DNA of 63,979 nucleotides, filler included, from Diploschistes diacapsis (Eukaryota), in the NCBI GenBank assembly GCA_023645945.1. It is 16 parts of 16 records of this genome, joined end to end, with 100 filler letters (N's around TTAATTAATTAA, not from the genome) between each part and the next. Parts side by side here need not be neighbours in the genome. Positions count along the whole stretch, not along the records: positions 24,295 to 28,226 come from JALAIB010001816.1; positions 28,327 to 32,252 come from JALAIB010001817.1; positions 32,353 to 36,276 come from JALAIB010001818.1; positions 36,377 to 40,298 come from JALAIB010001819.1; 12 more parts are not named here. One strand, given 5' to 3'. Every line of letters starts with the position of its first letter. Within the stretch, counting starts at the first letter, position 1. The position numbers were made by a program, and so were the translations under genes. A model generated the notes under the pieces. The model worked only from the letters and a program-made list of their open reading frames with translations, ran no database searches and was not told the DNA's origin. Positions 24,295 through 37,260 of this stretch are shown in pieces.

Positions 24295-24578
24295 GAATAT
24301 TCTAGAATATTCGGCTTACTAATGCATGGAATGATTTGGAAGGATAAAGAACATTCTAGATTAGATTGTTACTAATCACACTAGCGTGAAATGTGCCTAT
24401 AAAAGGCCTCTCACCCTCCATCGTTCATAAATATAACCTTCAACCTCTTCAATATATTATTACTGAACAATAGTCAGCCACCAGGCTAGGCAGGCTAGGA
24501 ATATTTCCTAGTTAGGACTAGCTACTGAATACATTCTTAGTCATCTGTTATCTATTAGGAACTTCCACCACTTTCAAC
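24295..24578. mobile_element. LTR fragment
   Basis: TATAAAAGG box, ends ...CTTTCAACA; shares ATATTTCCTAG with the LTR end at 4058-4417. Confidence 0.5.
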
Positions 24579-25040
24579 ATCGACGAAACTATAAAAATAT
24601 TTATTTTTAATACATCTTAAAATAAATAACTATTAAAGTCAATTAGATTTCTAAATATTCAGCTAAATACCATGAGCAGGGGTGTGGGGATGCAATCCCC
24701 ACAAATAAAAAAAGCAGGGTTTTGGGGGTGCAACCCCCAATAAACCTACCCAGTTTTTTAAACCCAGATTTTTTACTTAATACTTACTGCTTCGCTTAGG
24801 AACTTGGAGGGTGACATCATGTGTCGCCAGACACATGATATTAGTTTGCGGATTAGTAAACAACAGGAAGGCGTGGGGTGCGAGTTGACGTAATTTAAGC
24901 TTTCGCGCTAGTCTAGGCTATATCAAAACCTTCAGATCTTGTCTCTTCATCAAAAGAAGTCTGCTTCCGTAATTGTGAAAGACCCAAGGCGCTCCGTTCT
25001 TAAACAGTGCAGCTAGTGCAGATCACTGAAGCAAAAATTA

Positions 25041-26979
25041 ATGCCTAGTGAAAGAGAATGATAAACGAGAGCCGACCAGGCGGAGCAGAAACCGTTAATG
25101 GAAAGGGACAGGGAGGCGTCTGCAAGGCCCTTTCAGTGGCTCTATGCACCGACGATACCGCCTAATATAATACTTCTCCTTTGCTCCCGCCACTACTCCT
25201 TTCTTACTCTCCCGGCGTTCTTCAGCGAATAGACACTGAAGTCATCCTTTGGCATCTATTCCTTCTGTCCCTTCCCGGCTACTCAGGTCTTCCTGCATAG
25301 CTTACAACACACAACTGGAAGCTCTGTCGCTTTGAAGCACAAGCCAGTTGTGATCGTAAGAAGCATCATTGACTAGCTCAAGAGCGGAGCCTGTCGCTCT
25401 TACATCTATTTTTTCTTATGCTTATCCCATGATAAGGGATTCCTTGGCGACGATAAACGGAAATGCTCCCTTTTACACCGAGATCTTGGCCTCATCCTTC
25501 AGCCTCGCCGAGGCTTTGTCGGAGATGTACTGGGGAGATCTCTCGGACAAGGTCTGGCGAAAGCCTGTCCTACTTCTTGCCTGCATCGGCACCATGATCT
25601 CGATGCTGATGACTGGCTTCACCAAAACTTTCTGGTTCGCTCTGCTCCCAAGGCTGCTCGGGGGTCTTCTGTAAGCCCCTGCTCTTTCCCAGAGTGATTC
25701 TCAGCTCATCCCAATAGTAATGGAAACATTGGCGTCGTTCAGACCATAGTCGGCGAGTTGACTCGCAATCCGGAGCACGAGCGTGAGACGTCCCCCGATC
25801 CGGTATAAAGATTAGGCCAACTGACCTGTTACAGCTCGCGCTTTCGCGGTCATGCCTTTTGTCCGGTCAATTGGTAGCATATGTGGCCCGGCCGTCTCAG
25901 CTCTGACTACAAATCCTCCTTGTTTCCTTCACTGCCATACTTGCTCGTTAATCTGATCTGCTCTGGTATCCTCTTTGGCGTTGTGATCGGGTATTTCTTC
26001 CTCGAAGAGACCCTCCGTACAAAAGATACGGTATGGTATGAAGACAAGGACGAGCTCCGACCTTCCGTCATTTTGACGCTTGTGGTAGCTTCTGAGGTAA
26101 CGATAATCCCAATGCGGACCTCCGCTCAGAATCGTACTGCACTTTCAATCAAGTGCAATTCAATCAAGGCCAAGAATGGAACGTCAATTCAGATGGGTCC
26201 TTTTGGGAAGATTCAATTTCCAAGGAAGTTAAGAAACTTCGTGTTATGGTGCCTGTCGCTGATTCGAGCATCTATCTCTATCATAACAGGCCTATGACCA
26301 CCTGCTCCCAATATTCCTGCAAGATGACACGTTCCGTGACGCCAGTGCTCAAAACATTACCCCTCTCACCGTTCCAGGAGGGTCAGATCTGACGACGCAA
26401 CGGGTCGGTATTATTATGAGCGGCAACGGCATCATCGCCTTCTTAATTCAGGGCGTTGCTCTCCCGCTGCTGACAGAATATTTTGGCATCTGGCGCACCT
26501 TTCAATTCATTACCATTCTTCATCCTTGATCTACTTCGTCGCCCCTTACATTGCCATTCTGCCTGAAGCCTATGCCTTTCCAAGCATCTACGCATGCTTG
26601 GTCATCCGCAACATCTTTCTCATCCCCGCATACCCGCTTTTCCTCATCCTGATCAAAGAAGCCGCAAACTCAAAGTACTTAGGGAAAATCAACGGCTCGC
26701 CGCTTCTATCGGGCCGTAGCCCGCTGCATCAGCCCCTCGGTCGCCGGCACTCTTTATAGCCAGGGCACATGTATCGGCTCCACGGGTCTCGGATGGTGGG
26801 CCCCGGGCGTCGCGGCGATCCTGGGTACCGTTCAGCTCGTATGGATCAAGACACAGAAGAATGCGAACTCAATCGTTCGCTTGCCCTGTGCTCGATCGGC
26901 TGAGAACGAGCAGAAGAAGTTAGTGCACATTTTGGTTGCTGAAGTTGAGCTAGAGGCTTCATCCGACCCGGAGGTGTGA
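25041..26979 (+). pseudogene. MFS transporter (drug:H+ antiporter-like), frameshifted probable pseudogene
   Basis: EPVALTSIFSY, WGDLSDKVWRKPVLL (degenerate motif A), NGNIGVVQT, PYLLVNL, LGKING; frames shift near 25890, 26270 and 26700. Confidence 0.7.
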
Positions 26980-28559
26980 GATTATCGACTTCGTCCGCTT
27001 ATCAGCAAAAGAAAGACAGGTAGGAGCGGGGTTCCTACTTGTGATTCATGTTTATTTTCGTTTCCGAGCGATGTTAGCGTAGGATCTCAAGGTCTTATGC
27101 TTTCCAAAAACCCTTTATCCCCTTTCCCCTCCATGGGGGCAGGCAACATTAAAAACAATTTGCACCCCAAATATTTTTTCTAAATTTTATGCCCACACAA
27201 GCGCTCAAGAGATGCTTCAGATCAATTACAAAAGAACTTTTGAAAGTTGCGGGAGACCTTCGACTATCTCATGCCTATCACCTTGGAGCTTTTGTGTGGA
27301 TATAAAGTGGTAAAGTGGTGGCCGGTGGTGCAGATCATCATTTTTATTGCCTGATGGGTTCAATGATATTTCGGATTCCTTACATAACCCGGCGTTTAAG
27401 CCATGGGATCTGCACTTCGGTATTTGGCAGCATCACAGTATCCATTCAGTGCCCGAGCGTTGCCAACAAGCCACCACGAGCGACGACGATCATCTACGAG
27501 CAAGGACTTGAGCAGCAGGACTTTTGGACCACGGGGTGTTTGGGTTCGTTGACGCCTGGGGAATTCAAGGGTGCCCATCATTCGAGCATAGCCTCTATCG
27601 TTAACGTAGTTCCGTGTATTCTTACGAGAACTATGCTTTGTTTTTCGCCAACGTTACCCTGTTGAAAGGCACGTTATCACTATCTCACCATTTCGTTTAC
27701 ACCGTTGGAGGCCAGGATGATCGTATATTACTATGAGCCGCATCTTAACTACCTCCTGCGCGCCTTTCTTTACCCCATTTTTGTTCCTTCCACTCCAGAG
27801 TGACGCCGAACCGAACCCGCACGCAGCAGTGGTAAATGTTAATCCAACCATAAACATCAGCGTACCCTATCGTATTCCTTCGTTTCCTCTTTATTCCCGT
27901 CCTTCTTTCCTTCCTATCACCACCTGCCAACAAACAAGCAAGCGATCCAACCCTTTTTTAGTCTTAGCTTCCCCCTTGTTCCACGCCCCCGACGATGCCG
28001 CCTCGGACAAACCTATCCGACCCCGCTAACCCGAACAAAAAAGGTGCTGAAGATTCCTTCCACGTATCCAGCCCGTCTCGCCTCACCAGTTCGCACCAAG
28101 AGATGCCACATAAAGACATACCGCACTGCATCGTGCCAAACAAACCGACCGGGCCAATCCACATCACCCTTCCAAGCACATCACATACCCACCTGGCCCC
28201 CTTCTTTACCATCCCGTCCCCTCCCCNNNNNNNNNNNNNNNNNNNNNNNNNNNNNNNNNNNNNNNNNNNNTTAATTAATTAANNNNNNNNNNNNNNNNNN
28301 NNNNNNNNNNNNNNNNNNNNNNNNNNTCATTACGGTAGGTAATGTTATGATCTCTATCTATACAAGGTATACACGAGTAGGATCAAGATAGGTTTGGTTT
28401 CTGTTAGAAGAGGAATATAATAGGAGAAGAAGATAGAACAGTTATAAATCTTAAACTGTTTTTAAAAAAAAAATTTTCTAAATAATAAAAATAACGAATA
28501 TAAATTGATCTCGAATAATCGCTAAAAATATTTATAAAAATAAACACGTCCCGATTTAA

Positions 28560-28831
28560 AAGAATTACAACGATATTCTTATATAGTTTAGAACGATAGC
28601 TGATTGCCGATAATCGAGCTGTCGCGATAGAACTGTTATTAATAGATAGCTGTTTAGGCAGATCTGTCCCTGATAGATGTCTGTCACTGAATATCTGTCA
28701 GTCACGTGACCTAGTGTCCATGGTTGGCTATATACAAGGAATGACTAGGAAGTGCCCGACTAGCTGTGACGTACCAGGTGACCACCTGGTGACCTAGATT
28801 GTAACAAATATATCCATTACGTTGCCAAACA
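28560..28831. mobile_element. Nested LTR termini
   Basis: One LTR-like end (...GATTGTAACA, 28807) directly abuts the last ~24 bp of another LTR (ATATATCCATTACGTTGCCAAACA) that is also seen at 4395-4417. Confidence 0.5.
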
Positions 28832-28847
28832 TATCGGTTATTTAGGT

Positions 28848-29408
28848 TAGGCTGGCCGTCACTGACACTGACAGTGTCAGTGTCCGTGTTTTAGATTTTT
28901 TTGCTGCGGTGTCCGTGTCCGTGGATTCACGGAAATGCAGTGTCCGTGTCAGTGTCCGTGTTTTAAATTTTTTAATTGCGGTGTCCGTGTCCATGGATTC
29001 ACGGAAATGTAGTGTCCGTGTCTGTGTCCGTGTCCGTGTCCTTGTCCGTGTTTAAAAAATAATTTTTAAAAAATAAAAGCGAGAGAAATAAACGTGATAA
29101 TTTTAAAAATATTAAAAAAAAAAGTATTTCCGTGGTTTCCTTACAATGCAGTGTCCGGGTTAGTGAAATCACGGAAATATAATATCCGTGTCAGTATCCG
29201 TGTCAGTATCCGTGTCAGTATCCGTGTCAGTATCCGTGTTTTAAATTTTTTAATTGCAGTGTCCGTGCCCGTGAATTCACGGATATGTAGTGTCCGTGTC
29301 AGTATCCGTGTTTTAAAATTTTAGTTATAGTGTCCGTATCAGTGTCCGTGTTTTAAAATTTTGTTGCAGTGTCCGTGTCAGTGACCGTGGCACGAAACGG
29401 CCAGCCTA
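28848..29408. mobile_element. Non-autonomous TIR element (hAT-like ends) filled with GTGTCC/CAGTGTCCGTGT repeats
   Basis: 12-bp TIR TAGGCTGGCCGT...ACGGCCAGCCTA; dozens of short internal repeats; identical right end at about 37025-37056; no TSD detected. Confidence 0.75.
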
Positions 29409-29936
29409 TTCGAAAGCAATAGATGCGAAGGCAGTAGGTTTAAAAGCAGTAGATGCAAAAAAAGACGCCACGTGATAGTTCAATTCAGTTCAGCCAATCA
29501 AACCCTTGACTGATACTTTCGGAGTTAATTTCTTATCTACGGTTTTTTCCCCGCCCATAAACACACTAATATGCCAATATAGTCCTGCGCTTCGTGTTGA
29601 ACTAAACTGCTAGACCAAAAGATGCGCACCACTTAGCAAGCAGCAGTTCATGTTTATATTCCAACACTTCGCTTAGGAATTAAGTAAATAATGACATTTA
29701 ATATTTTATCTAATCAAGACTAGCTCCCACCAAGCTACTAAAACATACGCTAAGCCTATCTAGGAAGCCCGCAGCGCCACAACGCAACCGCAGCGACAAT
29801 GGTGCCAAACCTCTCTATTATATCACTTGTTCGGGTACTAGGGTCACGACTCTACTAAATTGGCGCTTTGTAACATCACAGCAGTCGCCAAACCACTCTG
29901 AACAACTCTGCGATTTAACCGCCCTTCCTCTACCCC

Positions 29937-31635
29937 ATGAATCTGTCATTAGTAGATCCTTTTGTCCTGGCGCAAGACTACCCCGACACATTGACTGGGA
30001 AACTCAGTAAGTAAAGCAATCCGATGCAGTGACTGCGATTTAATAAGGTTTACTTCCTAGAGTCAGGGCGGGCTACCATCATTCGGTTCAATCGTAAAGG
30101 TGATTTCCTTGCCTCTGGTAGGGTACGCAAGATCAGTGTTCCTTCAGATTAATCTTACATATGCCACGATTAACCTGCTTTAGATTGACGGAACAATCGT
30201 GGTATTTGATGTTGAAACAAACGGTATAGCCCATAAGCTACGCCGACATACTAGGCAGATACAATCTTTAAGGTACCAATTATCTTAAGATTATCATTAA
30301 TGCTTACACCAAGCGTGTAGTTGGTCGCACGATGGGCGGTTTTTATTAAGCTCTTCGCAAGACTGGAAGTGCATCTTGTGGGACTTAAAGGATGGATCTG
30401 AATTGCGCACCGTCAAGTTCGAAGCTCCTGTCTATATTGCAGAGCTCCACCCTCTGAACCAGCAAGTACCACCATCAAGTAATGTTGTCTAGCATTTGAC
30501 AATGTAGTCTGCTGTTTGTTGCTTCTCTATTCGAGGACCAACCTGTACTAGTGGACATCAGCAGTCTTAGGCCACTGGTTCAAGCCCTTCCTTCAGCCCC
30601 AAGAAGGCAGCCCATCAACAATGCTGATTATGACCAAAAGCATGCCTTTCAAGATGCGAAGCAGTCTACCTGTATCACCATATTCTCTGGCAATGGAGGC
30701 CATATCTTCGCAGGAACGAATAAAGGCTGGCTGAATATAATAGAAACTATAACATGCAAGGTTATATACTCCACGAGACTAAGCAATGGGTTTCTAGTCT
30801 ATCTACGCCTAACGTCATCAGGGCGCGATATGGTCTCCAATGCCACTGACCGGGTGATACGTACTATTCAGATGCCAGATCTTTCCGATCCTAATCTCAA
30901 AATCGACAACATCAAGATAGAGGTCGAGCACAAGTTCCAGGATGTTGTGAACAAGCTTGCCTGGAATCATGTAGCATTTAGCTCTACAGGCGAATATGTC
31001 ACAGCTTCTACCTATATGAACCACGATGTCTATGTCTGGGAAAGAAATCATGGAAGTTTAGTCAAAATATTGGAAGGCCCTAGGGAGGAGCTCAGTGTTG
31101 TTGAGGTAAGTTGAAACGCTTTTCTGATTTGTTCACTCGCCTGGCTGAATCTGGCAAGTGGCATCCCCATCGACCCGTCGTGGCTGCCTGTGGAATAGAG
31201 ACAGGCCGCATCTATCTCTGGTCTATAATAACCCCGCAACGATGGTCAGCTCTGGCACCCGATTTCGTGGAAGTCGAGGAGAACGTAGAGTATGTCGAGC
31301 GAGAGGATGAGTTCGATATCCACCCAAAGGAAGAAATCCATAAACGCCGTTTGGATCTGGAGGATGAACAAGTTGATGCCCTCACAATAGAGCCTATCAA
31401 AGGTGAATTCGGTGACGATGCTTTCAGGATGCCGGTCCTTTTGGATATTGACGATAGCGAGAGCGATGAAGAGGTCGTTGCAATTGGTCCAGGGACGATG
31501 AGAAGAAAGAGTCCCGGGGAGGGAAAGGAATGGCTGGGTGGTCCGGAAGTGACCACTGCTAACGGCGAAGATAGACACCTGAAGAGACAAGGAGGCGTCA
31601 ACATTAAAAATGTAAGCAGGTCTCGTAGAAAGTAA
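29937..31635 (+). CDS. swd1: COMPASS/Set1C WD40 subunit Swd1 (RBBP5), multi-exon
   Basis: MNLSLVDPFVLAQDYPD, KFQDVVNK, GSLVKILEGPREEL, WSALAPDFVEVEENVEYVEREDEFD. Confidence 0.95.
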
Positions 31636-32066
31636 GAGGACAGCCGAATGCCGGCGGTGTTGCTAAAAACAAGCTTTGGTCCATTGGATTTCGGAAATTT
31701 TACACTTAAGTATGGTTTGCGCGAGGGCCTTGTTTTGGTTGACATCCGTTAATGTTGAGCTAGGAGAATTTGTAGTGATACAGGTATTAGTTATTCTAGG
31801 GTAGGAACGACTATTTTTCAGTTGTCATGATAGTAGAAAGCTAAATAACATAAAAAGGACCACAGGATTATGAAAAGGATGTTGAATTGATAATGTTGCT
31901 GTCAAGATAATAATATAAACAAGTTAATTTAATTGATTAATAAAATTCTAGTCTCTTTCAAAGGATGATGAAAGATTCTGAAGCATTTTATATTATAATA
32001 AAACATTAGAATGTTAACCCATTTAATGGACTGCGAATCAACTAGCAAGTGTCTTTATAATACTTA

Positions 32067-32252
32067 ACGTGTTTCACCACTTAACGGATCACCCCACAAA
32101 GCAGCTCACTACATTATAATGTAGATGCGCTAGATAGTTTTAAGCGAGCTTTTGAGCCCCACAACCACACATAAAATTATTTGTACGAAAGGTGAAAATG
32201 TTAAGAAATATATTACGAAGGTGCAGGGATTGTAACCCGCTTTGTGGTGTAA
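32067..32252. mobile_element. MITE family A copy in reverse orientation, truncated by contig end
   Basis: Reverse complement of the interior of 1463-1672; TA before ACGTGTTTCACCAC. Confidence 0.9.
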
Positions 32253-33433
32253 NNNNNNNNNNNNNNNNNNNNNNNNNNNNNNNNNNNNNNNNNNNNTTAA
32301 TTAATTAANNNNNNNNNNNNNNNNNNNNNNNNNNNNNNNNNNNNNNNNNNNNTTACGACGAATAAATTATATCTAAAAACCGTAGAATGTTGGCGGTAGT
32401 AATTTGAGGTAGCTTACTTCTGGGGGTGGCCTACTTCCTCGTTAAACACGTTATTATTCGATCTATAGGGCTTCAAATTAATTATTTTGGAGATATTTTA
32501 TTTTAACTATTTATTATTGTAGTTTCATTGTTGTATCACGTGTTCGGTTACTAGGCTCTATTCGGGTACTAGGGTCACGATTATAGGTGAATGTTTAATC
32601 CATCACCACCATTTAACATAACGACAATCATCTTCTCAAAAAAATTAATAAGAAAGTCGAATTAGTGGTATTAGCCTCTACCACCCGGCAGTGATACCAC
32701 ATAATAGAAGTTCCAGGCTTTCACGATATGAAGGAAACATTCAGAGGGACAAAAGACAACGATTATGAGGAGAAGGACATTGCAAGCTTTTATCGTGCCT
32801 TCAGAGGAAAACAGAACAGGAAGTAATGCTAGAATAAGAGCTGTATCTAGTCAAACATTTCAGTTGCACTACATAAACTGCGTTCATATGAACTCAACAA
32901 TTTTTGGGTTTCATGGATCAAAGGTTGGTACACACATGCGTATACGAGATAACCGGCAGAACCATGAAAGGCCGTGACCTGGCGGCGAGGCAGATGGCCA
33001 CTTGCAAACAGTGACTGCTTAGGTTCCGCCATACAACATAAACAAGGGAATAGCGCTATCTATTGCAGATTTGCTGGACCCAGCAACGGCTCACAGTGAG
33101 CTATGAGAACACCTATTGATCGTAAAGCCAAGCCCCCCAACGGATACCTTCAATACAGTAGCCCGCAACCGCGTCCACAGAACCAAGTGAAGCGTCGACG
33201 TCTTCGTCTCTATGCGCTCGGTAGAACTCTTCATTCCTTCATGTTTCCATCTACTCACGCTACTTACCGAAGGGAAACCTCTGACACGCCATAGAACTCT
33301 CGCGCCTTAGATGCAGACAAGTGGTGAAAATAATCGCCAGTTTCGATCATGACCTCCAAGGCGCGCCCAAACGCCGAGACTGCATGCACAGGAGTATGCA
33401 CCCGGTATCTCTGGGTGAGCTTTTGAGGACAGT

Positions 33434-34986
33434 CTACCAAGCCCAAATTTTAAGCTAAAAGGGCAATCAGCGAGTGTAATGGGGTGCCAGTCGAGAAAGA
33501 GCTGTAAAACTTACGGTAGAGTCCCAAGAACCGGTACATAAGCTTATTCCGTCATTGCTAACACCAAGGCAGGAAACACGATTCTCATGTCCACTGAGAG
33601 TACCGACCCGTTCGCCTCTCAGAACATCCCAGACCTAAGGACAAAATCAATACTGGATGCTCTTGGCATATGGTATGCCAATAAGACAAAGCAAGCGGGG
33701 GCAACATACCTTGCATTCAAAATCATCGTAGCCCGCGAAGAGCAAGCGACCGGAAACAGAAAATCCGACCGAGGTTATACCGCACAAGATGGATTCGCTC
33801 TATAAAATAGATTGTTAATGTCTTGGTAGCCGGAGGGGGAGGCGAAAGTAGCAATAAAGAGCATCATGAGTTTAGGCAGTCGGACAGATTTGTCCCCCTG
33901 TGCTTTAACATTGAGAGACCAAAAAAGTCCAGAGAGCAAGACAAGCCCACATTGATTATGAAAAACAAAATGCAAGTGAATGCCTTGTGTCCAAGCGGAA
34001 ACCCGGTGTCCAATTAGCCTACAAAAAAAAGCCGTCTTAACTTACTGAGTAGGACATGACTTCACGGTCAGCACGGATATCGAAGAGCCTGCAGGATGCA
34101 TCATCGGAGCCGGTACCGAAGGCATTGCCATCCGGGAAGAATTGGATGGCGTTGATGTCAGATTCGTGACCGGCGAAGGTCTGCACAGCTCTGCCGGTAC
34201 GAATATCCCATAGTTTGGCAAAAGCATCGCAGGCTCCCGAAACAAAAACGTTCTGGTTGGTAGGATTGATGCTGATACTCATGACATCACCCAAGTGGTC
34301 GGCAAACTCTGTAACCTTTGAGCCTGTGTCTACATCCCACAGCATACAAGTCATGTCTCCAGATGAAGTAAGAATGCGGCGGTCATTGATAAACCTGCAG
34401 CACGATAGATACCCAGAATGTCCGGACAGCTCACGTGCTACACGGGTTGGCCCATCACGGGAAGAAAGGTTGTAGACGGAACATATGTTGTCGAGGCCAC
34501 CGCAGGCAACGTAATTCCCACTGGGGGCATACGCGCACGTCATGACCCAGGAAGAACGGAGGGGAATGGCGTGAACTTTATTAGTTGTATAGGCATCCCA
34601 GATGATGAGCTTGCCGTCTTGCGAAGCAGATACCAGGTGACGTCGATCGGTCGACCAATGCATGGCGTAAATTTTTGCAAGATGACCTTTGAGTAAGCGA
34701 CGAGGCTTCATACCAATGCGACCCAGAGGATCAGTGTTGCTCTGCGCCACGCTTCGGACTGAAGGTTGGGAGAAGACATCGTTAGCCTGTATTCCACGAG
34801 GGGTAAAGATTGTGCTGGTGAAGGGATCAAGCAATGCATGAGAAGCTTGAGATTGCTTGACTCACGTGAAGTGTCGGCAAGCTCGTCCTTTCTGCGTTTA
34901 ATTTTGTCCTTCAGACCTTCGGCATCGCGCCTCGCGGTTGCAATCTTGGTCTGCATTTCCTCACCCGACATGTTGTTGGCTGACAT
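33434..34986 (-). CDS. sfaD: Heterotrimeric G protein beta subunit, multi-exon
   Basis: [66 protein letters not shown]; last exon LKIWAW*. Confidence 0.96.
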
Positions 34987-35479
34987 TGGTAACAGAATGT
35001 GAGGGACCAGACTTTGGGAAAAGCTGTGACAAAAATCTGGAGAATGAAACGTTGCAAGGCGCCAATTTGGCGTGCGAAGTCGTGGAACGAGACTCTCGGA
35101 GACGAGCGAGCGATGCGATCAAGCCACGGAGGTGTCGCGAAAAGGAGTGCGAGGCCTGACACCACTTGTCTGAATCTCAGGCTGACAGCTCGCTCTACAG
35201 AAGGAGACAATCGGATGCTCGATTTATACAAGTGGGAAATGATTGCGGAGTAGGCTTGGCTGACCGGAGGTTCTTGCGTAAGGTTTAGAGATGATCCGGG
35301 GATGGGTAAGGTAGATTCCAAAGATTCTACTGCTGGGACAAGACACAAGACAGATGAGGATGCAGCGCGCGCGAGGCAGGACAAGTAGGGCCGGGCAGGG
35401 CACACCACCAGTGGGTTTAACTAATTTGACCTTGGAAGTTGGGAGTTAGGATTTAAAAAGAGGCTCGAGTTAAGTTAGA

Positions 35480-36276
35480 GTGTTGCCCCTAGTAACCGAA
35501 CGGACCCTAGTAACCGAACATCCATAAGCGCTTTTTACACCCAAAATGCCTTCTCCTTTTTCATCCATTATAAGCTTCATATATTTTTTTATTTTTTACT
35601 AATTTAAATCTAAATACTCTCGATGATGGAAAATGTTTTTATCGAGGCGAAAACTCGATCCCTTTTATTATCGCTTTACGAAGTCGCTCGACGTAACGGC
35701 TTCTTTCTTTCCTCTTTTTACGACAAGCTTGATGGCCGCTTTAAAAGATTTACTAATTATTAATCGTAATAGTTTTTAACTACTAAACAAGAGAATGTCC
35801 TCGCGAAGTATATAAGGCGTTTATAAGCCGAAAGATTTTCTATTTCTATCGTAATACTTAAAATTATAACGGCGAAGATCTAAAATACCTCCGAGCCGAA
35901 TAATCAACGCTAACCAGGCCGTGGCTGACCGCAACGTTTTTTTAAAAAGATATCTAAAGCTAGGTACAGTTTGGAATAACTTTCTTTTAAATAAGAAAGC
36001 CGACGCCGCGGCGTCGGAAATTTTACGACCGTTTTTAAAACGTTTTTAAAATCTTCGCGTCCAGTACGACGTTATTTCTAGAAATATTTAAAATATAGAC
36101 GAGAAAGGGATCTAACTCGATGGTAAAAAGCGTACGAAGGTCGTCGTATATATCCCTTATCGTCAGGCCGATCGCCAACGTTTAATCGCGAATAATCGGG
36201 ATCTAGCGACGATAGTCGAGACGGTCTCGATTAGAAAAAAATGACATTTTTTTAATTATTTTTAAAAATAAAGAAC
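35480..36276 (+). mobile_element. RIP-like degraded Fot1/pogo transposon: left TIR plus transposase 5' part
   Basis: TIR with tandem CCCTAGTAACCGAAC; AATATAGACGAGAAAGGG near 36092 reads N-x-D-E-K-G (pogo NMDEKG motif); many TAA stops. Confidence 0.8.
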
Positions 36277-36376
36277 NNNNNNNNNNNNNNNNNNNNNNNN
36301 NNNNNNNNNNNNNNNNNNNNTTAATTAATTAANNNNNNNNNNNNNNNNNNNNNNNNNNNNNNNNNNNNNNNNNNNN

Positions 36377-37056
36377 ATTTTATTAGGCATAGAGCTGAAC
36401 GTTCTAAAGATCTTATTTATTAAAATAATAAGTTATTACCGCTGATACCTTCGCGTCATAATTTATCTTAATTAAGACCGCCTCGTCTTTTATATCCTCG
36501 AATTAATTTCGTAATTCTATTTTATTTTGTTAAAGTTTATTAATCCTTATTATAATATTTTTTAATTATGAAACTTACGAAGTCATCGCCGGGTCCGTTA
36601 AGATTAATTGTAGAAAAGGACGCCATCTTAAATCTATTATATGCTGTTAGATTTAAATACCATAACTCTTAAAAAAGAACTAAGGAGTTAAAAACTTACT
36701 AATCTTATTATTTATAATATTAAAACGTTTTAATTAAAGCTAATAAACTATAAGAATTGAAAAAGAATGAACTAACTGATTTTATCAGGGATAGATAGAT
36801 TAAAACGGTGTATTTATAAAAAGGAAACTGATTAAAAGGAGTGTTTTATGAACATAAAAAGCAACTAATGAGCGAATCGCTCATATTCTAGTAAAAAAGG
36901 ATGTGGTTTCATTACGGAGTTAAGCCCTAAATCCGAAAAGACTTGGCAGAATACCTTTTATTTATAAATCTGTAGCTAGACAATTTAAAACACACCATGC
37001 AATCGAATCACACTTTTACTGCAATGCAGTGTCCGTGGCACGAAACGGCCAGCCTA
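36377..37056. mobile_element. AT-rich degraded transposon DNA ending in the right end of the hAT-like element
   Basis: TpA-rich; TGCAGTGTCCGTGGCACGAAACGGCCAGCCTA matches the end of 28848-29408. Confidence 0.6.
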
Positions 37057-37260
37057 TTATATGCCATGAATGCCAACTTAATTCTTTTAACTTTTGGAAC
37101 ATACTATATGCGATAAGCTTTTCTTCCTCCCAATGCCAGTAAATTAGATCTCCTGGTGCAACAAAACCATTTGCATGCCGATAGTATTTCGGGAGAATAA
37201 ACAAATTCGAAAGGAAGACAGTCTATTTCTTGATTGCTAGGAGCGTCGCTTTGTGGTATA

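Noticed and set aside
8113..26979. Apparent secondary-metabolite cluster (GliK-like, epimerase, transcription factor, MFS)
   Set aside because: The genes are on different size-sorted contigs, so adjacency is artificial.
27995..28226. Possible 5' end of a gene (MPPRTNLSDPANPNKKG...)
   Set aside because: Too short before the contig end to identify.
28860..29400. CRISPR-like array
   Set aside because: No unique spacers, eukaryotic context and no cas genes; explained as internal repeats of a TIR element.
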